NCBI GenBank assembly: GCA_050084985.1
Contig: JBITNC010000001.1
Coordinates: 74,090,001 to 74,154,000, forward strand
Source of the DNA: Nageia nagi
Taxonomy: Eukaryota; Plantae; Pinophyta
Direction: 5' to 3'
DNA length: 64,000 nucleotides
Part shown: piece by piece, positions 23,844-37,587 of the stretch
Numbering within the stretch: position 1 is the stretch's first letter
How the letters are laid out: each line of letters begins with the position of its first letter
Program-made: the position numbers and the translations under genes
The notes under the pieces: model-generated
Seen by the model: only the letters and a program-made list of their open reading frames with translations
What the model was told of the DNA's origin: nothing
Database searches by the model: none

Positions 23844-26562
23844 TATTGGAGATTCCATCGAAGATTGATGGAAGGAATTAGGATTTTATACAATGTTTGA
23901 AGAAATTTCACAATTTTGAGAATTTAAAATATCAACTACAAATTTCATAAAAGAGATTATGGAAAAAACTATTTTTCGTGTTGTGACCTAGAATTCATTA
24001 GATGAAATATAAGATATTATCAAAAGAAATCATTTCTAAAACTTCGATTTTTTATGATCCAGGAATTTTGAGAAAAATTATCTTTATGTATGAAATACCT
24101 AAGAAAAATTCACTAGGATCATTATTTTTCACTTCTAGATATTTTACCATTTTTTCCTCTAAATATACATAATTAATATGATTCAAGTATCTCGTAAAAT
24201 TTGAAATTTTCAAATTTTGATCAATATCCTAGATGTGTATGCCAAAAATTATTAGATTGTTTAACAATAATAGAGTAAGAGTTTTCAAAGGCTATATATG
24301 TGTAGGGTAAGTACTCCTACCTAACTAGTTGAGATACAACCCATTTATGAGAGAGGTTATAAGTTCAATCTATACTAACTCACCCATAGTGATCTTTTTT
24401 AGTAGTTGTTGCATGGATACTTGGTAAATTGGATGACCAATGTTCATAGAATATAGATATTGAACAAAAATAAATTTTTGTAACTAACACATTAGCAACT
24501 TCAATTAGATCAAGTCATTAGATCCCAATTCTTTAAGCAATGACATATGATGAAATTGCAAACTTAGGAGTGATAGGTGACATGAAAATAGTAAATTTAT
24601 ACTGTAAAATATTTCTACTTGGTGATCTATAATAAATCTTTTTTTTTCATATTTTTCAATTTTTAGTGCAAATATTTTTGGATACCATGGCTTTTGACTT
24701 GTGCAAACTTTGAAGGTGGTCTTGATTTGTATGTTTTGTTAATTTTTCATACTCTTTGTATTGGTGTAGGCTATTGTATGGAATTCATATCTAGGCTTTT
24801 TGTAAAAATATATTTTAGAGAACCTAGCTATCATCGAGAAGGGCTTGATAAATGTTTTTAAGATTTTATCATAATGACATTGCAGAAGACATCATGGTAT
24901 TCAAATCTAATTTTATTTTACCTATTAAGAAAACTACAAGGCATGATCCCAATTTTAACCACTACAATTAATGAATGTTACAACATTGGCTCCTCGAAGG
25001 CATATAATAAGAATTACAATTAAAGAATACATTATCATATTTAGCATTTATTATGTTATAATTGATGCAAATCATGACTATATAGCAATTGGGTTGTTTG
25101 TTAGATTCATTAACTAAAGAATTTGATCATTGGTTTAATTTATTGCCAGTTGCATCAATCTCCTCATAAAATGATATACATATATTCTTTCTCACTAGAT
25201 ACAAAAGGAATTATATTAGTACATAATTGATCATTAAGTTATCACATATTAAGAAAGGAGAAAAAGAACTATTTTTTTTAATTTGTAAAATGATTTGTAA
25301 TTTGACAGATTAACAGAAATATTTCCATTGATTTAAGACTAGTTCATCCCTTTAAGATATGTATATTTTTTAATTCTTTAGGGCCAATTTTGTCTTAGAT
25401 ATCTCCTTTTAAGATGTGTATATATATGAATCATTAGGACCTAATTTGTCTTAACAATATTAATTGTTGCGAATTTATTGATTTTCATCAGGAAACTAAA
25501 TATGTAATTGAGCATGATGAGCTATTCTTTACTTCAAGGAATATAAAGAGGCCAAATAATCAAATTCTAAGACATATGAGAGCAATGATAAAATAAAGAA
25601 AGATAGGAAAGAGGCCAAGTTAGAAAAAAGTGAACTTGAATAGATAAATAAGTTAGCTAATATAAATATTAATAAGAACTAAAACCTATAACAAACTTTT
25701 TAGAATAATCAAATATTCAAAAGAGTCACAAATCATAATTGAGAAAATAATTAAAAATATTTTAGAAGGTAAGTGTCCACATCATTAGACCACAAATAGT
25801 ATTCAAACACACATTTTTATTATGATTTGTGAATCTCATGATCCCTAGATCCTGGCATAACAACCATTTGCCTCATCCTTTCTAGGAGCATTATACGTAG
25901 TGTAGCTACACACATGCTAGTGACTCCAACATGGTTTTTCTCTCTAAAAACCTAATATACATTCACCTCCTCTACATTTTTAGTCATAGAATTTTATCTA
26001 AAATGTGTGTGATATTCATGATTTGGTTCCCTTTTTAAATCTATGTTGAGTTATTTAGGAAAGTGATTTAATTAGTGAAACTAATATTTTTTTATTCCAT
26101 CTATAATCATTAAAATCTTGTATACTAATTCCTTGTACAATGATTCCCTCTCTTTACTACATTGAATCATAGATCCCCTTTTTCTTTAGCTTGACGTCAT
26201 TCACATAGTTGTAGAGGTTTTAATTACTTAAAACCTTAAAATTTGGGTTCTTTCTAATAATTTGAAAATATTTATTTAATTATAAAAAATAAGTAAATAT
26301 TATTTTTTAGGCTAATTAAAAACTCTATTTATGTTTAATTGAGTTAATTCTATATCTTGGGCATACGAACTTCATTTAGGGTACTATTTTTTGGTTTTAT
26401 AGAAAAATTTGAGATATTTTGTGGAATATGATTATAATCCCAGATTAATTTTTTTGGGGTGATCCTTTAAAATAATAATTTTTGGGTGGGGGATTGCTTG
26501 GTGTTGGTGTAAATTTTAGCACCCCTTATATTGTTTGGCTCACTTTCTTAATCCTTACAAAA

Positions 26563-26913
26563 ATGAATCCTACAATAACAATAGAACCTCTCGGACCATA
26601 TAACTATAGTACATGGAAACCAAGAATACTTAGCTTAATTATGGAAAAAGACCTATCTCACTTACATTTAGAAACACAATCTCAATTCAAAAGAAAATAT
26701 GAAATTTTTATTCATAAAGGTAAAATGTTTAAGGAAATGGGTTAAATTAGTATGAATGTAAGTAAAAGTATTTGGTTTCATTTATATTAGTGTAAAATCC
26801 CTTTTGAGTATTGGGATCATCTAGAAGAGATACTTGGTAAGTTTGATCACATAGGTTCTATGCAAATTGAAGCAAAATTCATAACACTTTCTCCTAAATA
26901 ATTTCCCTATAAT
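26563..26913 (+). pseudogene. Ty1/copia gag N-terminus, truncated by an LTR insertion
   Basis: MNPTITIEPLGPYNYSTWKPRILSLIMEKDL..ISMNVSKSIWFHL..PFEYWDHLEEILGKFD..QIEAKFITLSP. Breaks off at TGTTGA (26914). Confidence 0.8.
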
Positions 26914-27715
26914 TGTTGATTATCTTGTTCACAACTAAATTTTGTCCCCCTAAATTTACCTTGTATAGGTGTAACATTATACATATTATTAATCACAATT
27001 TATCATACTTTTATCATATTTTATCTTATTATAATATATTTCTTAGGTTTTATTCTTATTTTTATATTAAGTACATCGAGACTACTTTAAGCTTATTATA
27101 AGGCGTGAAATGGTGAAATATCATGTCAAATATAAATGTAAGTATCTCTAAACTAGGGAAAGCATGTCAAGATTACATCTTAATAGTTAGTACTCCCACT
27201 CTTAGGTGTTTCTAAACACCATATTTTGAGATTGGAATCATGTTACCACGTAAGAAAATATTTATCATCCATTTCTATCATCAACACTATTGCTAGTATC
27301 GATTCTTGATAGTGTACCTCATCTTACTGAAATGCTAGTGTCTGCACTAACATGCATGATTTCTTTAATCTCTAGAGACTTAGTTCCAGTGTTGATTTTC
27401 TTACTACTATTGGTCATGGGGTTTGCATACCAAGGTTATCTTTTCTTTGATAAATTTATATTGCATATAGTTAGCTTCACCATAGGTAAGGACATAAGTA
27501 TTTATCTTAAACTTGATTCCATCTCTTTAGTGTATAATTTACTAATTTTGATTTGATTTGATTATTGCACTAATACTATACTTAATATCATTATTTCTTA
27601 TTATCATGTATATTTATCTAGGTTAAATAACTTAAATAATGCATATACTTAAATATTTATATGTATTTAGTTCGTTTAGGCCAAAACCCTAGGTGTACCA
27701 AAATACATATCAATA
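26914..27715 (+). repeat. ~800-bp LTR (probably a 5' LTR), same family as 31914-32703 and 36789-37587 but in opposite orientation
   Basis: TGTTGA...TCAATA termini. Reverse complement aligns with 31914-32703. Followed by PBS-like TGGTTCCTACCC at 27719. Confidence 0.75.
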
Positions 27716-30700
27716 TATTGGTTCCTACCCATTTATAGCATTTTCTTTCTTTTAATTAGGGTTAGAATAAAAATTCCCTCAAAATACATATCTCTTATTG
27801 CATCAAGATCCCTAGGTTTCTTTTTTGCATTTGATCAAAGATTTTGTGAATGTCACAAAAGTGGCAAATATAGATCCTAAAGTCTTAACCAAATTAATGG
27901 TAATACTCAAATTTTAAGTTCTCATAGTGAAGGCTTTTGCACCCATAGGTCAAACTATTATAGAATATGCGCAAAATATGAACACTATATTCAGTGCTAA
28001 TGCTAAAAGTAGCATAAATATTAGGAATAATGCATCAAATTATAGATCTTCTACAACATAGAAAAATAGATAGATTGAATCCAAGGTTGATAAGCTAGAG
28101 AATAAATTTGAAACTAGTACATATCGAACTAAGAATAAAGCTAACCCCTTAAGCATGGAGATTAACAATACACTTCTTATTGGTACAGATTGAAGGATTC
28201 AATTCTTGATGACTAAAATCTTAATTACAAATTCTCATGAAGGCTCTCTAAAATATATTATAATAATATTCCCATAAGATGATACCAATATAAAGTGTTT
28301 TCTCCAATTATGGGAGTATATCCACTAATCTAAGATCTTATTCTTAAAGAGCACTCTCTTATAACTCACTTTTTCACTTCTCCTACAACCTATACAAGAG
28401 TATATCTTTTCTATAAATTTAAGTGAGTGATGTCAAGGAGAGGTCCCTCTATTTATAGGCTAAAAGTTTCACTTGGATCACCCTTTTAACCATTATACAT
28501 TTTCATATATGCAGCATCATTTTATCCAAAGGGCATACTACTCATGAGATGGATTTTAGGATAAGTTACATTATCTCATTCACAAATACTTAAAAGGTAT
28601 CTATTGGTATTAAAAATATAATCTATCTCTGGTGCCTTAAAAAAGGGGATGCTAGATTTTTATGAACCAAATTTTCTTGGGTGAATCAATTTTCATCTAA
28701 TTCAACCTTCAATTTTTATGTCCACAATAGTGCCTCATAATCCATTTAAAAATTGAGTGATCATAATTCATAGATAAAACTATTATATGTTGAATAATTG
28801 AAATTACAAAAACATCAAAGATAAACATTCCTCAAAGAATCTCTCCATTCTTAAGTAGCTTTCAATTTGGAAATCCAAAATCCCAAAGATCAGTATCTCA
28901 TAATATTATTTAGACACAACCCATAGAAAGAGAGGTGAATAGGATCTTAAGCTTTCAATAATCCAATTTTAAGTAGGATGATTCTACATAGGTCTCTAAC
29001 CAATAAGATTACACATTGATATTGTAATAGTATCCAATCCAAATGGAATTTGTCTCTCATAAATAACATGAAATCACTCATTCATTAAATCTCTTGGAAC
29101 TAAGAATCATGAGGTTTACTTCCTATGGAAAAATATGTTGACCTGTTAAAAGATTCCCCATAGAGAAAAGATATAAAATGATTCTAAATTCTAATTTTTT
29201 ATTTTATCAGGATAATGTCTCATCCATTATAGAATAAAAAAGAAAAGAAAAAATGATAGAGTAATTGAAAGAGATAAAATATTAAGAGTGCAATAAAGAA
29301 ATAGAAATGGTGTTGCTTGAGGCCAACCTAAGCTTCCAATAATTCTATTATAACCTGGAGGAAGGGATCGTAGCTCACAACCACCCCTTCATGTCACTAT
29401 CCATTTATTCAATTGCTAAAGATCAGAGGCTACAATCATGATTATTTCATTATTCATACTTTAAACATATGAAATATACAAATGATGCAACCATTTAAGC
29501 CATCCAAAGGCTACATTGTGAAATAAAAAGAAAAAGGTCACCATACTCTATTTGGTCTAGAAAAATAGATATTCCACTACTAAGGAGTAAATGCTAAGAT
29601 ATCCAACCTTCTATATTACCTTGATCTAAGTTGTATATATAACTTCAACTTTGAAAATATCTACCAAATGAAATATGAATCTAAAGAGAATCTACAAATT
29701 ATAGCCTATATGCGACTAACTAAAATAATAAAATTATAAAATATACAAAATATCAAAGTTATAGCTTGAATACATAGCTATAACCTCCTAAATTTACATT
29801 AATGATAATTGTATTTTTCCTTTAACATCTAAGTGCAGCTTGAAAGTCTTTTTTACACAAGATTAGAGAAATGCTCAAAGATTGTCTAATATGTACAATG
29901 CTTATATAATTCTACTAGATATAAGGTACTAAAATTAAGACTCCTAATTATTTTGACCGATAGGAAGGGTCATTAACTCTAGTGGATCTAGATGTATGCT
30001 TCCAAATTTTGAAAAAATATAGGATGTCTTAATACTGTTAGACTTTAAGAAAGTAGAAAGTGGGTTGGTTGATTCTTATATTATAGTAGTCCTTAAGGAG
30101 ATGCCTTGGTAGTAGTCTGATCACATTCTAAGAAGTTGCATGGAGGATGAATTGTGTTGGGTTCTAGTATGGTTACAAAAACTACAAGTCTATAGGGTTC
30201 TAGGATGGTTGTAGAAACTACAAGTTTGTAGGCTCCTAGGAAAGTTCATTTATCTCTGTGTTTTTCACACTTCAAGAAAATGCACTAGTGAAGAGTACCA
30301 CTAGGCTCTAAGAAAATGTCTTAGCAAAACAATAACACCAAACTCCATGAAAGTTCTCTTTCATCAAACCACTATCATTCCAAAAGACTTTGAAATGTCT
30401 CAAACTTATCAAAAACTTAGGCATTTATGAAAACAATTTCCCTGCTTAATGTAAGTTGTAATTTCTATTATATTTTCCCCCCTTCATTAGATAGTTTAAA
30501 GAATCAAAATAATCAATGAACTAGATGTAGAAATTTAGCAAATAACATGCATTGAGCAAGGGTGGGATGGGATGGTAAATAATTCAAAAGATATTTGTTA
30601 AGCATATAAAATAGTCTTCACACATCAATCAATTAGAAATGAGCTTATCAAGTGAGGATAAGGCATCTTAAATAAAACTTTAATCATAAAATCTAAATAA

Positions 30701-31913
30701 ATCATTGCTTTACCATGCTTTTTTGATGCTATCGAATCAATATCCACTTATGAACTTTCTATAAAATTACCTTCTTGAGATATCATGTGATGCTTGTAAA
30801 ATAGGTTAGTCATGGGTACGTAAATTTGAGAAGAAGGATGGAGGAAGAGGATCATAAGTGGGAGAACAAACATAAAAGATATAAGAGTGTGAACAAAAGG
30901 AATTGAGATGGTGGAGAAGAAGGCGAAGGAGGTGATGAAAGTAAGACAAACATGGGAAACAAGAGGAAGCCAAGATAATAGTGTGAGGAAGAAAGCATAT
31001 GGAAGGATAAGAAGAACAAGAAGAGTTTTTCATAATAAAATATCAAAAAGGATGAAATGGGATCAACAATAATACATATTTTAAAACCATTAAAAATATA
31101 TGTTACAAACTTCACATAACATATTTACTTTATTAATGCATTTCTATCTGCATCATAAATATTTTTATATACTTGATGCATTAGCTATTTATAGAAAAAT
31201 ATTTTATATTATTTCTCACTATTTTATGAAGGAAAAATAATGATGAACACTATTCAACTCTAGTTCTCTTTTTTGATTGATTCAAACTATTACCGATTGT
31301 ATCCTTTAATTCATCTATCACACTTATTAGGCAACCTCATTTTCTATATGTAAACAATTCCTAGAAGTCCTAAATATGAATAATGATCAATGATTTCTAT
31401 GGAAAACTTTTTTAATATGACCTTAATTGAGCTTTTCAATAAAAATATCCACTAGAAAAAATTTTATCATTGAAACACAATGGTATAATAACAAAATTTT
31501 TGAGATAACTCTTCTGGTAGGGAATATTATAATGAAGTAATTATAAAGTAGATATGATAGTAATTTGGTAAGTACAACAAATTGAGCTTTTGGATATTTT
31601 GGTGCAAATAGATGGTAATCAAATTCTTGGTATTGTTGGACTAAATAGGCAATGGTAATATATCAAAGATAGTTCAAAAGATATGAATACTTAAGCCATT
31701 CCCCCTATTGTGACAAAAAGTATATCTACTTATATTTTCAAAATATAGCTAATTCCCCCTATCAACCCTTTTGATATTTAATAATCATTCATGTTTATAA
31801 GGATAATTATTTAGGGCTCATTCAAGGAGAAAAGAACATAATATTACCTTTAAAAGAAAAATGTACAACCTCTAAAAATTAGGCAAGGGTTAGGCGAATG
31901 TAGCTTTTCAGGG

Positions 31914-32703
31914 TGTTGATATATGTGTTGGTACACATATGGTTTTATCCTAAATGAACTAAATACATATAAACATTTAAGTATGCATTATTTAAGATAA
32001 ATAACTTAGATAAATATAGATGAATAATGGAAAATATTTGGATAATAGTGCAATAACTAAATCATGAATTACATTGATGTCAAGGTGTAAAATGAATGCA
32101 CACACCAAAGATAAAGGAATCAAGTGTAAGATAAATACATGTATGTCCTTTACCTATGTCGTAGTCAAGTATATGCAGAATGAGCTTGTTGAAGAGAGTT
32201 AACCTTACCATAATAACCCCATCACCAATTGTAGAAAGAATCCTAATATGGATGCTAGGTTCTATGAAATCAACATGAGCACTAAAATTTTGGTACAATT
32301 AGGTCCACCAAAAAGGATTGATAAGAACAAATATGATGATAAATTGAATTGATCATATGATCATGAAGACATATGATAGATATTTAATTGAGTGATAATA
32401 TGATTCTAGTAACAAGAGGTGATATTTAGTAACATCCAAGTGACTAGTGAGGTGTAATCTTGATATGATTTCCCCAAGTTAGAGATACTTACATTTATAT
32501 CATATATTATATCACCATTTGGCCCCTTGTATGAAGGTTGAAGCTATATCAATGTGCATAGTATAAAAATAAGAATAGAATCTGAGAAATATGTGATAAT
32601 AAAGTAAAATATGATTGAAATATGACTTAATGTAATTAAAATATGTGTGCAAAGTGGAACCTAAGTGGGACTATATTAAAGGGATCACTTTTAGGTATCA
32701 ATA
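31914..32703 (-). repeat. 3' LTR of a minus-strand LTR element (copy 1)
   Basis: TGTTGA..TCAATA termini, with PPT (AAAGGGGGGCATC on the minus strand) at 32704-32716. Confidence 0.8.
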
Positions 32704-33159
32704 GATGCCCCCCTTTATAAGTATAATTAAATTGAATCTTAAAATGATATTATGTTTGGAAAGGAAGTAAAGGTAAAGAAAAAAATTGATACTTCCCTAC
32801 TTTTACTGTAGAACTATCTGAATCATTAAAGATTGATGATGTATATTATCCCCTCTTTACCTGAGTTATGAGATGCTATGGCTTACATGTAGTAGAATCA
32901 ACCAAGAGCAAAGAATGAAACCTAAAAATGAGAGGTACACACCTCCAAGCATGTGTGATTGTAAAATCATAAAATATATGGTAGTGGTAATAAGAATAAA
33001 CATCATAACATTTTATTGCAAATGATATGGCAATAATGGAGCAAGGATGAAATTAATATAATATGCATACATCATCTTGTGAAAATAAATTATGAAAAAC
33101 TCTAAATGTTTCATTCTTGGATGCATACATAAGAAATCATAATAAATGTGTGTCCACAT

Positions 33160-33476
33160 TGTCATGGGATACATGATCCATTATTAGATGATATACATAT
33201 AATCAGAACCATATATGCTAATATCATCATGAGGTACATATCCCATTCATAATAGCAATATCTGAATCATACAAAACTAGCATGGTGATGATTAGTGGAA
33301 ATCCAATAATCAAAGGTGACTCAAAGAGATATATGATTCATCATCATGAGCTACATGCCCCATTATTAGATGTAGATATGATATGCAATAATTTTCATGA
33401 GGTACATGTCCCATTCTTAGATGTAGACATGATATATTATCATCATCATGATGTACATGCCCCATTCTTAGATGTG
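33160..33476. repeat. Cluster of CATGAGGTACATGCCCCATTCTTAGATG-like repeats; last three in tandem with a 51-bp period
   Basis: Copies near 33162, 33227, 33345, 33396 and 33447, in the 3' non-coding region of the LTR element. Confidence 0.85.
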
Positions 33477-36400
33477 ATTTAAAAGTGATGGTTAGGTAAG
33501 ATCCAACCAACAAAGGTTACTTCACAATGATTGGTTTGAATATTTCCCAATCATACATATAATTAAATGTAAAGTATAGGATAAGGATAGAAATTCTTCC
33601 TATATCTTACCTACTATGTTGATTTGTGTTTATTCAACATGATTTATGCCATTATATGCTAGCATTCATATTATGTTCAATGCTAATGGTAGATAAATAA
33701 AATTGTATGCATGTGATTTTAGCATTTCATTATGTAACATGATTTGTGAATATAAAAATGATATTTTCATACCCAAAAAATGTTGATAGAGTGTTGAATC
33801 CTATGACTAATAGGTCAAAGTTATGAACAAACATGCAGGGAATGCATCATCCCTCAATTGGATGTTTGTTCATTCCTACAAAAATCTCATTCTCTAATAT
33901 ATGTTAATCTTACATTAGTTTTTAAATCACATTCTACAAGATGATGTATTATTTCAAAGGTATGAGGGTAGATGTGAAGGAATGGTAGCTCAAACATTAG
34001 AAACCAATGTGGATGCCAATGTGAATGAGGATGCTAAGATTTGTGGTCAATTTGGCATCCAAACTTTGGGGTAATGATCTTGGTTAGCAAGATAAGAGAA
34101 AAAATCATGGTTTGATAAGTTTTATGGTATAAGATGGCTATCATTTACCATCTGCCTTATTAAATATATCCTAATTTAGATTTTAAATAGAGCAAATTAG
34201 ATTTATTTTCTTATTCACTATTTTAAAAGTTGAAGATCTAGTCCTAGAAGAGGGTTGTGATCCTAACATAGAGGATTTGAGTACTTTGGGTGATTTGCAT
34301 TATATGATAAGTGTTTTTGCATGTGATTAGTATTGATTTGGGTTGATTTTGGTATTTTTGGTAAGAATGCTAACCTAGTTTTTGCTTGTAGGATGAAGAT
34401 TATCAATCATAACAACCATTGAGCTTACCTACTTTGTCACAATCAAATATCTATGTATGTTGTGAGTTTATAGATCCTTTTATTGTGATTTTTTATGAAT
34501 TTTGCTAATTAAAATAGAAAATTAGGTGAAATTAAGTAGATACCCTAAGGTTAGGGTTTAGCGACTAGGGATCCCATGATTTTGACCTTAATGGTTAAAT
34601 TTAGGTGTGAAACCATATTTTTATGGGATAGCATGGGTAGAAGCATTTTGCCCCTGAATTTTGAAAAAAATGACCATAGAGGGCCTAGTGTGAGCATTGG
34701 CATGAGCACCAGCACTAGCTTGATACAAGGGTTTCCAGGTGAGGGAAATGCATATGTAGCCATAGTTATTGTTAATTTGTGCTAGAAATTATTTTTGTTA
34801 TGATTTAAATGAATTTGAAAAAATAACTAATACATACCTTCATATTTATTAATTGCAATATAATCATTTCTTGATGGAACCCAAGCCCATGTACTAGAGT
34901 TGTAAGAAGTGTATGGTTTGGCAGGATAAGCTTATATATGATGAGCTTGGTGTATTGAGGCATGTGGGTATGGGATACCTTCTTCATGCTCCTTATGCTA
35001 TAGTTGATACTATTAGGCTTTAAGAAAGTAGAAATTATGTCAATTGATCATTAGATTATAGCATTCCTCAAGGAGATACCTTGGTAACAATCTACATGCA
35101 TTCAAGGAAGTTGAATGGATGATGAAGTCTTCCAAGTTCTGGGATGGTTGTATAAATTGTAAGTTTGTAGGGTTCTAAGAAAGTTCATTTGTCTCTACAT
35201 TTTTTGTACTCTAAGAAAATGCATCAGTGAATAGTATTAGCAAGATCCAAGAAAAAGGTTTAATAAAATAATATTGCCAAACTACATGAATGTTCTTTTT
35301 CATCAAACTGCTACCCTTATGGATGACTTTGAAATGTATCAAACTTATAAACAACTTAAGCATTGAAGGAAATAATTTTCCTTCCTAATGCAAGTTGAAT
35401 TTATATTTTTCCCCATTCAATGGTTACTTTGAAAAATCTAAATAATCAATGAGTTAAATAATGAAAATTTACCAACTAACATACATTGAGTAGGGGTAGG
35501 ATGGTATGGTCAAGAATTCAAAAGATATTCATTAAGCATGCATAATAGTATTCATGTATCAATAAGTTAGAAATGAGTTTATTAAGTAAGCATAAAGCAT
35601 ATTAAATATAAATTTAATTATTACATCAAAATAAATTATTACTTTACCATGCTTTTTTGATGTTGTCGGATCAATCTCCACTTAAGAACTTTCCATGAAA
35701 TAGCCTTCTTGAGATGTAAAATAAATAAGGGGAAACAAATATATAATAATAAGGGGGTGAAGGAATGGAATTGATAGAATGTAAAAGATGGTAGAGGAGA
35801 TAACAAAAAGTAAGATAAAAAAGATGGAAAACAAGAGGAAGCTAAGAAAAGAGGGTGAGAATAATGCGAGAAAGGAACATATTGAAGGGTAGGATCAACA
35901 TGATGGAAGATCAAAATGGGTGAAATAGGATGAAAAACAACACATATTTATAAAACCACTAAAAATAAACCATACAAGATTCACACAATATCTTTACTCT
36001 ATAAATGCATTTCTATCTTTATTCTAAATATTTTCTTACACTTCATGCATTGGCTATTTATAGGAAAAATGTTCACATTCTATCTCATTATTTTATGGAG
36101 GAAAAATTTGGATGAACATTATTCACTTATAGTTCCTTTTTCTAATTGACTCAGACTATTACCAATTATATCATTTAGTTCATCCATCATAATTATTAGG
36201 AAACTTTATTTTATAGATATAAACAATTTGTAGGATTCCTAAATATGAATGTTGATCGTTGATTTTTACAAAAAAATATTTTAATATTCCCTTAACTAAG
36301 TTTTTAAATCAAAAATCCACTAGAAAAAAAGGTATCATTAAAACACAATATTCTAATAACAAAAAAATTGGAATAACTCTTCTCACAAGGAATATTACTA

Positions 36401-36788
36401 TCAGGTACTTGTAAAGTAGACATGATAGTAATTAGCTAAGCACATTTTCCTAAGCTATTAGATATTTTGATGTGAATAGATGGTAATTAGATTCTTGATA
36501 TTATAGGACTTAATAGGTAATGGTAATATATCAAAGGCTATTCAAAAGATATGAATACTTAAGGCATGTCTCCTAGTGTTACCAAAAATAGATCTTCCAA
36601 TATTTTCAAAATATAGCTCATTTCCCATATTAACCCTTCTAATACTTAATAATCATTCATGTTTCTAAGGATAATTCTTCAGATCCCAATTTAATGCATG
36701 AAAAAAATAATGGAATATTATCTTAAAAAAGAAAAATGTCCAACCTCTATAAATCAAGTGAGGGTTGGATGGTTGTACCTTTTCAAGG

Positions 36789-37587
36789 TGTTGATATGTG
36801 CTTTGGTAAATTTTAGCTTTTGGCCTAAATGAACTAAATATAAATAAAAACTTAAGTATATATTATATAAGCTATATAAATCAAAGAAAAATAGATAAAT
36901 AATGGAAAATATTAGTATAATAGTGCAATAACAATATTACAAAATACATTGATATTTAGGTGTGAAATGAATGCATGCACCAAATAAAAATAAATTAAAT
37001 GTAGCACAAATACCTATGTGTCCTCTACCTATATCATAATCAAGGGTATACAAGATGAACTTGTCAAAGAGAGGTGACTTTGCTATGCAAAACCCATGAC
37101 TAACTACAAAAAGAATCCTAGCATGGGTGTTAGGCTTTTTGAACTCAACATGAACACTATTGTCCCAGTAGAATAAGGTCTACTAATAAGGATTCATGAT
37201 AATAGATATGATGATAATTCAAATTAAGCATATAATCATGAAGATGAATGAAACATATTGCTTGATTGAAAACTTGATTCCAACCTCAACAAGCAATATT
37301 TAGAATTACTCAAGTGTAGGGTATCAATTATCAAGATGTAATCTTGATATGCTTTCCCTATGTTAGAGATACTTACATTTATATAAAATGTGATATCACT
37401 ATTTGATCCCTTCTATGAAGTTTGAATATGTACCAATATATATTAAATAAAAATAAGATCATAACCTAAGAAATATGTGATAATAAGGTAAAATATGATT
37501 GAAATATGATTAAACATGATCAAAACATGTATGTAAAGTTGTACCTAAGTGGGACCATGTTAAAGGGACCACTTTTAGGTTTTAAAA
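36789..37587 (-). repeat. 3' LTR (copy 2, product of the segmental duplication)
   Basis: Aligns with 31914-32703 and is followed by TATGCCTCCCTTT (PPT complement). Confidence 0.75.

Noticed and set aside
28170-29700. Further LTR fragments (reverse TATA CTCTATTTATAGGC, GAGAGGTGAATAG)
   Set aside because: Suggestive motifs only; no boundaries, partner LTR or TSD could be defined.
26914-32703. One element with long terminal inverted repeats
   Set aside because: The two ~800-bp inverted copies have LTR termini with adjoining PBS-like or PPT sequence and are quite diverged. Independent insertions explain them better.
33282-33482. His-rich 66-aa repeat protein
   Set aside because: Arises from the 51-bp tandem repeat in a TE 3' non-coding region and is not preserved in the duplicate copy.
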